From Candidatus Heimdallarchaeota archaeon B3_Heim (GTDB lineage Archaea > Asgardarchaeota > Heimdallarchaeia > Hodarchaeales > Hodarchaeaceae): DNA of 32,000 nt. This document shows positions 27,201-32,000 of this stretch, in pieces (the stretch's first letter is position 1; every line of letters starts with the position of its first letter). The notes under the pieces were generated by a model that was not told where the DNA came from, made no database searches, and saw only the letters and a program-made list of their open reading frames with translations. The position numbers and the translations under genes were made by a program. Location of the stretch: contig NJBF01000005.1 of NCBI GenBank assembly GCA_003144275.1, forward strand, positions 30,001 through 62,000, read 5' to 3'.

Positions 27201-27823
27201 ACTAAGGAATGAATTTCATTAATCAACGTACTATCTATGAAAGGAATTCTATATTCGAATAATAATTCTGTTGAGAAATTACATGGTGATGGGTTAGCTG
27301 TTACATTAAAATCAGTATTTGTTACTCCTGACACTGGAGTAACATTATTTTCTGAAAAATTCAGACGATAATACGGAAAAAATGCAGAGAGATTTTTAAA
27401 GATTTCTACATCTCCATAATTAGGCTCAATATCGTTTTGCCAAGAAATTCTCTCTTCTGAGACTCCAGAATGAATGAGGAACGATGATGATAGCGGGGTT
27501 GATTCTACAAGAATGTTACTAGTTTCCGATGTATTAATCGAAAAGATTTTTTTACTAGTAAGATCAACACTGGTATTTTGTTCACAGGAATATGGGATTC
27601 GATTATTGTTTGTAGAACTGGATTGAATGCTTGGTTGAATGTCAGGTAACTCATCTTGAATGTTGGTACTTGAAGCCAACGACATTAACCTATTATCAGG
27701 ATCGGTCATTCTTATTAATGAGGATATAGGTGAATTATTTGTGGTTACAAGTATGGGTGATACAAACAAAAATAATATCACGATAGAAAGACCCTTATCA
27801 AGAACAAAATGACCAGCTCTCAT
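24299..27823 (-). CDS. Large exported, membrane-anchored surface (glyco)protein
   Basis: 1174 aa with an N-terminal hydrophobic signal segment, S/T/N-rich beta-type repeats with many N-x-S/T sequons, and a C-terminal TM helix plus basic tail (SICAILAFKFIRKRQSSIL). Confidence 0.85.
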   Translation of the reverse strand: MRAGHFVLDKGLSIVILFLFVSPILVTTNNSPISSLIRMTDPDNRLMSLASSTNIQDELPDIQPSIQSSSTNNNRIPYSCEQNTSVDLTSKKIFSINTSETSNILVESTPLSSSFLIHSGVSEERISWQNDIEPNYGDVEIFKNLSAFFPYYRLNFSENNVTPVSGVTNTDFNVTANPSPCNFSTELLFEYRIPFIDSTLINEIHSLVLELRFNDASLNFIIADKGSYFGTPVEENVYKPGTNSLYILCNETDQSDWIFKNYNITHLITQYFLPSEYSLFSRLETVFCYMFAFVPKFHISLDLKVINYTTILSPNESAVIYTIDETEIQSENGSLKYEFLGSNISLQARENTLWYNYQITMFNIVITRSIEVFTRPQLISWNNTFMRVNLNLSIPQLFSQTLSSRLFITLPLDWILLNGRNSSIPFETLGLLEIPSDNLTGQLYCFSIQNLETFLLQSWVPNYIKNIEGPTIVSYYEKIQILGSLLQPTTGVLHLYLMNNTVFHHDTTICLLNGSFIFSMISIDDIYPLGVITLLINLSSNYQFGIYQQILHIHSGEETSARINLFTPEALEVYQYDPIFLNLSLEKNGLKYLEESTMVILVMGEFIHQLSQSINGFFHLTLNHVVWPPQQSNLTIIASNGGDFFASKYMNITIYPIVVDWDIQGIPDVQNPDSNLSLRVNVFISPQEGGTNWPLSGVDLTIWVNSTLIHQCPTNDFGYADVIISSRNYHTSNLLNLIIIAKLENIILKMNTFTISISNDSTETDRIHPYLDEIMKTSIVSNKSFFYIYQVMYPTNGSQWFVSHDNYQGTPISAFLMRNNIVLEIEVTDQLITWDLVSSPTNNDTLIVEFLGPSVTFSVSQGVSSYDLHIESFSSSTISNYTIVLDLDFLDFPLSKIILRDFLKRDITNKFEVELIDTHIHLKFLNIINGIIVHYYLEIQFDIPNIEILTYFEENYAYDAFITGKWRFTSSSEFSYSVSYTISNQSRSECRNTTIIPLTNNTFIVEAFFPRFKWNSSVFVTLKLNFPNGAISTSLGQFFTIIDPYPPDYSFYLESHDETINLHIITAEPESGSGVQRIIGEYLGIQYNSSVLNTNHHLIELPRNNSQFGVIKVIISDWAGNENSFNIDLKSELESQPMREKLDPSLFLPSLFSLMSICAILAFKFIRKRQSSIL

Positions 27824-27914
27824 TTAAAATAGAATCCTACCTGAAATCTTATTTCTACTTAAGGATCACAAACTAGATTTAAAACAACCCAAGAATTTAT
27901 GAAATTTATTTTCT

Positions 27915-29390
27915 TTAGAAAGACACCGTCAGGATTTCTCTAGCAAGAATAAATACAATCAAGAACAGCATAAATCGTGAAATACGAAAGATGACGCCTT
28001 GTGTTGACTTTATTTTGTATTTAGAGCTGAAATTAAAGTATATAGGTAATATACTCATTAAAAATCCAAGGGAAATGAAAATAGGGTCAAAATTTGTAAC
28101 TATACGATTCTTGAGATCAAATCTTCCAACAGAATAGGATATCAATTGAAAGAAAGGACTGGCTCCAGCTATAAATCCTAAAGAAATAAGTGAAAATGTT
28201 TGTATGATTGTAGTCTGAAATGATGTTGCTTTTACTCTAGCGTTTCCAGTGCGAAGTAAGTTCCCAGTTTTACTCATTTCTTCTGTTATCATCATTAGCT
28301 TCGAACCTGCTAGTTTTGTGTTAACATAACTAAATTTTTCAATCAAAGTAAGGATTTGAATTGTTCTAGATGAAAAAAATTTCCTAAGAATCTCAAGCTC
28401 AGTAAAAGAAGTGCGTTCTATACCTAGACGAAAAGGAATAAGAGAGTCTTTCATTGAGGAAGTGAGGTCCGCAGTCGAATTTGTGATATAAATATTTAAA
28501 GCTTTATTCAAGCTTTTTGTATAGGACACTCCTGATGATAAATTTTCAGCATGGATCATTAAAAATTCAATCGTCTTATTGTCAGTAAAGGGTAAGATCA
28601 GTGAATGACTGGTAAATATTGATAGATGTTTATCAGGTCGAAATATAAATGAACCAAAAAAAACCGTTGCTATTAAAAAGATTCCAATAATATAGCTTAT
28701 CTGGCCTGAAAGCAAGAGGAAGCATAAGATCACTGGAGGACTTAAGAAAATTAATCCTGAGAAAAGGGAACCCCACGTATCCACTTTATCAGTTTCTTCC
28801 GTAATATATTCGGAAAGATGATTTAGAATCATATTTGTTGATAGCTGTGCGACCTCAATCCCAGTTTCCCAAGTATCAATAACGTTGAGAAAAATACGTC
28901 TTAACTCTCCAGAAATCTGACTATTAATTTGAGATCTAAGAGCATCATTGAGTTGTTCCCCAAAATGCGATCTAATCAGGCTTTCACTAAATATATCCGA
29001 GAATATTAAATATTTACCTGTTATAATAAACTTAGTCGCCTCTTTCAGTGATTTTGATGTTTCCAGAATTATTAATAACTCATGTAGTACAAAATATCCT
29101 ATAATTTCAGCTTTAATCATATAATTTTTGAAATCTTGATGTATGAAAAGAAAAAAGAGACGTAAACACACGAAAAAGAAGAGGTATTCTAGGATCAGGT
29201 ACTCGATTCTAATAAGATCCGTCATTATTTGAATAAACGTAAATCCTATAAACATTACACTAAGAATGGGGATTAATGTTTCTATCTGACTTCTAGTAAT
29301 CAGATATTTAGATTTCCAGTAATGAGAGTAATTTAGTTTCTCAAAAAAATCTAATTTCCCGAATACATGATTAGTTATGACATCCATCAA
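27915..29390 (-). CDS. TadC/FlaJ-like (T2SS F family) membrane platform protein
   Basis: Polytopic, with two repeats of the T2SSF-like cytoplasmic helix pattern (LHELLIILETSKSLKEA; AENLSSGVSYTKSL). It is divergently paired with a secretion ATPase. Confidence 0.7.
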   Translation of the reverse strand: MMDVITNHVFGKLDFFEKLNYSHYWKSKYLITRSQIETLIPILSVMFIGFTFIQIMTDLIRIEYLILEYLFFFVCLRLFFLFIHQDFKNYMIKAEIIGYFVLHELLIILETSKSLKEATKFIITGKYLIFSDIFSESLIRSHFGEQLNDALRSQINSQISGELRRIFLNVIDTWETGIEVAQLSTNMILNHLSEYITEETDKVDTWGSLFSGLIFLSPPVILCFLLLSGQISYIIGIFLIATVFFGSFIFRPDKHLSIFTSHSLILPFTDNKTIEFLMIHAENLSSGVSYTKSLNKALNIYITNSTADLTSSMKDSLIPFRLGIERTSFTELEILRKFFSSRTIQILTLIEKFSYVNTKLAGSKLMMITEEMSKTGNLLRTGNARVKATSFQTTIIQTFSLISLGFIAGASPFFQLISYSVGRFDLKNRIVTNFDPIFISLGFLMSILPIYFNFSSKYKIKSTQGVIFRISRFMLFLIVFILAREILTVSF

Positions 29391-29727
29391 CTGGAATTCC
29401 TCAAAAATTCTTGGTTATTCAGTAAAGTATTATTAAAAGTTAATATATAAGGGATCATTGGATTTAACTCGCTTTTATCTCGTTTGTTCTATACAGAAAT
29501 TTCATAATGCGTAACAAAACCTTAGCTATATTCCTTTTCAATTTACAAATGCTATCTGATTATTGATTCATAAGAACCTAAGAATGCATAATCTAAATCA
29601 AGAAAAATAAAGGTAAGAAAAGAAAAAAACTCCAATATTATCGAGGTGAAAATCAGGAGAAAGATCTATCGGAAAATTTTGATCATATTTGGGTGTTATT
29701 AATTGTATCTTCTCGATAAGAATATTG

Positions 29728-30048
29728 ATGGAAGTGCCCGTTTTAGAAGAGCAGACAAAGCATATTACCACTACGTGTCCTATTTGTGGAAAATATGAAT
29801 CTATAACCATAAATCTCACAGAATTGGAACAAGCGAGAAACGATCACTCTCTTCTGACGAAAGCAATTTCTCACGCCAAAAATGGCCATGTATTAACCTT
29901 ATATATAGATGGGGATGGTCTTGTCAGAAGAAAATATTGTTTTGATTTAGTTCGTAAGAATCTCATTAAAATGGATAAATTTGCTCCTGGAAAACTTGAT
30001 AATTTATTTGAGAAAATGATTAAAGACTCAATGAGACAGAAGAAGTAA
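29728..30048 (+). CDS. Small hypothetical protein with CPICG putative Zn motif
   Basis: TTCPICGKY...GHVLTLYIDGDGLVRR. ATG 29728 is preferred over TTG 29689. It lies 30 nt upstream of the ATPase. Confidence 0.65.
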   Translation: MEVPVLEEQTKHITTTCPICGKYESITINLTELEQARNDHSLLTKAISHAKNGHVLTLYIDGDGLVRRKYCFDLVRKNLIKMDKFAPGKLDNLFEKMIKDSMRQKK

Positions 30049-30078
30049 TCTTTTGTAAAATATTGGAGGAAATACTGG

Positions 30079-31404
30079 TTGGTATTAGTTGATTTAGTTA
30101 TAAATCAAAAATCTAGCATGTTGATTGATTCTTACGAATTTTGGTGTTATAAAGCATCGATAAAGAAGAACAAAATTACGTCGAAGATTGAATATCAAGT
30201 TGTTTATGATGAGAAAGTAATGACGGAACTGAAAAAGTTTAATTTGTATGAAAAGGTGATGAAAGACACCATAAAAGAATTAATTGTGGATAAACAAGAT
30301 TTCATAACCCTAGATGAACTACTTTCCTTTGTATCAGAGCTAGGAGGAAAGACTTTTGGTTTTTCAAAGCATTTAATTATTCCTGTTCTTTTCAGAATTC
30401 TAAACATGGAGAGAATTGGATCCTTGCTAGTAGATAACCAAATTGATGAAATATACCTGGACTCTAGTAAATCTTATTTATACATTGATCATGCTCAGTA
30501 TGGTAGGTGTTCTTCCCAAATTCGGTTATCCAAAAAAGAAATTGACTCTTTTATACATAGGGTAGCTCTTGAGAACGATTTTAATTTAAATCGAGAAAAT
30601 CCAACAATGAAGGGGGATTTTGTGACTAAGCTATTTCATACACGAATAACAGTTGATATACCACCTTTACTGATAGATGATATTCATTTAGATATACGGA
30701 AATTTCGTCATCACAATTTTCATCTTAAGGATCTGATTGATATCGGGAGTATCACGAAATCTCAAGGAATTTTTCTAAGTATTATAATGAGTAATTTAGT
30801 ATCCCTCTCCATTATCGGTCCTCCAAACTCGGGAAAGACAACTCTGCAAAATGCTCTATTAGAATTTATTCCTTCTCATTTCAGAGTTTTATCTGTAGAG
30901 GATGTACTAGAAACTTCAAGTTTGAGGCGTGGTAATCAAGTAAGATTTAGGCTTGGTTATGATCCTCATGAAAGCAATATCTATACAAAAGCAATGGAAA
31001 TTCAAAAATTATTGCATAGAAGCCCTGATTATGTCAACTTAGGAGAACTTTCTACAAAAGATAATTTTATAGCATTCTTGAATGTTCTTTCGGTTGGTAT
31101 ACCCTCGATCCAGACAATTCACGGAAAAGACCCTAATTATCTGCTCTTACGATTACAAGATATATATAAAATTCCTATAAATCTTATTAAAACGTCATTC
31201 CCTCATGTGTTTGTTGAGATGGATACAGTTTGGAGAGAAAACATCCGTAAGAGATTTATTATTAGAATTGCAGAGCTAACTCCAGAAGGAGATATCTTAA
31301 CAATTTCTGATAGGCAAAATGATCGATTTAGCGACTCACAGATTAATACGCATTCTTCTTTTACCATTAATTATCTCGAAACAAGAAATTTGGACATGAT
31401 TTGA
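30079..31404 (+). CDS. VirB11/TadA/FlaI-family secretion or pilus ATPase
   Basis: IRKF, Walker A GPPNSGKTT, Asp box VEDVLE, LHRSPD, Walker B YVNLGE, His box QTIHG. Confidence 0.88.
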   Translation: MVLVDLVINQKSSMLIDSYEFWCYKASIKKNKITSKIEYQVVYDEKVMTELKKFNLYEKVMKDTIKELIVDKQDFITLDELLSFVSELGGKTFGFSKHLIIPVLFRILNMERIGSLLVDNQIDEIYLDSSKSYLYIDHAQYGRCSSQIRLSKKEIDSFIHRVALENDFNLNRENPTMKGDFVTKLFHTRITVDIPPLLIDDIHLDIRKFRHHNFHLKDLIDIGSITKSQGIFLSIIMSNLVSLSIIGPPNSGKTTLQNALLEFIPSHFRVLSVEDVLETSSLRRGNQVRFRLGYDPHESNIYTKAMEIQKLLHRSPDYVNLGELSTKDNFIAFLNVLSVGIPSIQTIHGKDPNYLLLRLQDIYKIPINLIKTSFPHVFVEMDTVWRENIRKRFIIRIAELTPEGDILTISDRQNDRFSDSQINTHSSFTINYLETRNLDMI

Positions 31405-31514
31405 AGGATAAATCCTTCACCTCAGATAAGGGGGTATTTGGTTTAGGAAGTACTACTTACGGATATAGAATATTTTATGGTTCTTATATACAAGTGAAAC
31501 AATAATTTTTGAAC

Positions 31515-32000
31515 ATGTATCGATTAAGTCATAAAGACGAATTAAATTCTTATTTAATACTCTTAGGGAGGCAAAAAATTCTAATTAATGACATTTTAGA
31601 TGTTAATCAAATTGAGGGGATTTCTTCATCGATTATTGGCTTATTCGTTGAAGTTGTACCCTTTCTTCATGTGATTGCACTTCTAATATCATACGTATCT
31701 TTGATATTAGGAGGAATAACATATTTACTAGATGAAAGGGAAGAAAATGGGAAGAAAATGATCATCCGTGCACTTAGTGTAATTATATTATTCATTTTCA
31801 TATTTAATGATTTTTCTCCTAAGAATAATATGAATTCGCCAAATCTTGAGCAGCTTGAATCTTTTACATCATTCGTTAGTATGTATCTCGTATTTATTCT
31901 TGCTACACTATCTCTAATTTTTCTCATTGGCAACTGTGGGTTATATATTATTAATCCAGAAAAAAATTTTGTGAAAAATATAAGGAAAAGTATAATTTGT
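31515..32000 (+). CDS. Partial polytopic membrane protein with VirB2/TrbC pilin-like repeats (runs off the window)
   Basis: Stop-free frame from ATG 31515 to the window end, absent from the ORF track. It reads ...LLISYVSLILGGITYLLDEREENGKKMIIRALSVIILFIFIF...ATLSLIFLIGNCGLYIINPEKNFVKNIRKSIIC, i.e. TM-'GG..Y'-charged turn-'GKKMI'-TM, partly repeated. Confidence 0.6.
   Translation, partial: MYRLSHKDELNSYLILLGRQKILINDILDVNQIEGISSSIIGLFVEVVPFLHVIALLISYVSLILGGITYLLDEREENGKKMIIRALSVIILFIFIFNDFSPKNNMNSPNLEQLESFTSFVSMYLVFILATLSLIFLIGNCGLYIINPEKNFVKNIRKSIIC

Noticed and set aside
29598-30407. Minus-strand ORFs 29598-29819 and 30204-30407
   Set aside because: Antisense to the Zn-motif gene and the ATPase.
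31667-31933. 88-aa minus-strand ORF
   Set aside because: Shadow of the longer stop-free plus-strand membrane-protein frame starting at 31515.
1-32000. CRISPR array, rRNA, transposase or integrase
   Set aside because: No regularly spaced repeats, rRNA signatures or recombinase motifs were seen. The only short tandem repeat noted (TTTAAAAGGCCAACA x2 near 11638-11673) is coding.

Overview
AT-rich archaeal chromosomal window, most likely from an Asgard (Heimdallarchaeia-like) genome. The lineage is an inference from an OSTC/DC2-like gene and the divergence of the proteins. Most of it is information-processing housekeeping: eS1, Pcc1, DHH/RecJ-Cdc45, uS15, P1 stalk protein, uS10, uS7, two EF-1alpha-family GTPases, a TFB paralog, DUF655-KsgA, and Rpo3-eL18-uL13-uS9. 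The right-hand ~9 kb is a Tad/T4P/T4SS-like envelope locus. Five things stand out. (1) Four tRNA genes (Trp, Ala, Ser, Ile) that the ORF track cannot show carry nine introns, six at non-canonical positions, including a strict bulge-helix-bulge (BHB) intron at position 8/9 and two tRNAs with three introns each. (2) Two divergent EF-1alpha paralogs lie in tandem, one with eRF3/Hbs1-like domains II-III, in a scrambled str operon. (3) A full-length triosephosphate isomerase homolog has lost all catalytic residues. (4) A ~270-nt highly structured intergenic element fits no RNA class I could recognise. (5) A VirB11/TadA ATPase with altered motifs sits next to a TadC-like platform, a large surface protein and an unannotated VirB2/TrbC-pilin-like ORF. 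No CRISPR array, rRNA or transposase was seen. All alignments and RNA folds were done by eye.
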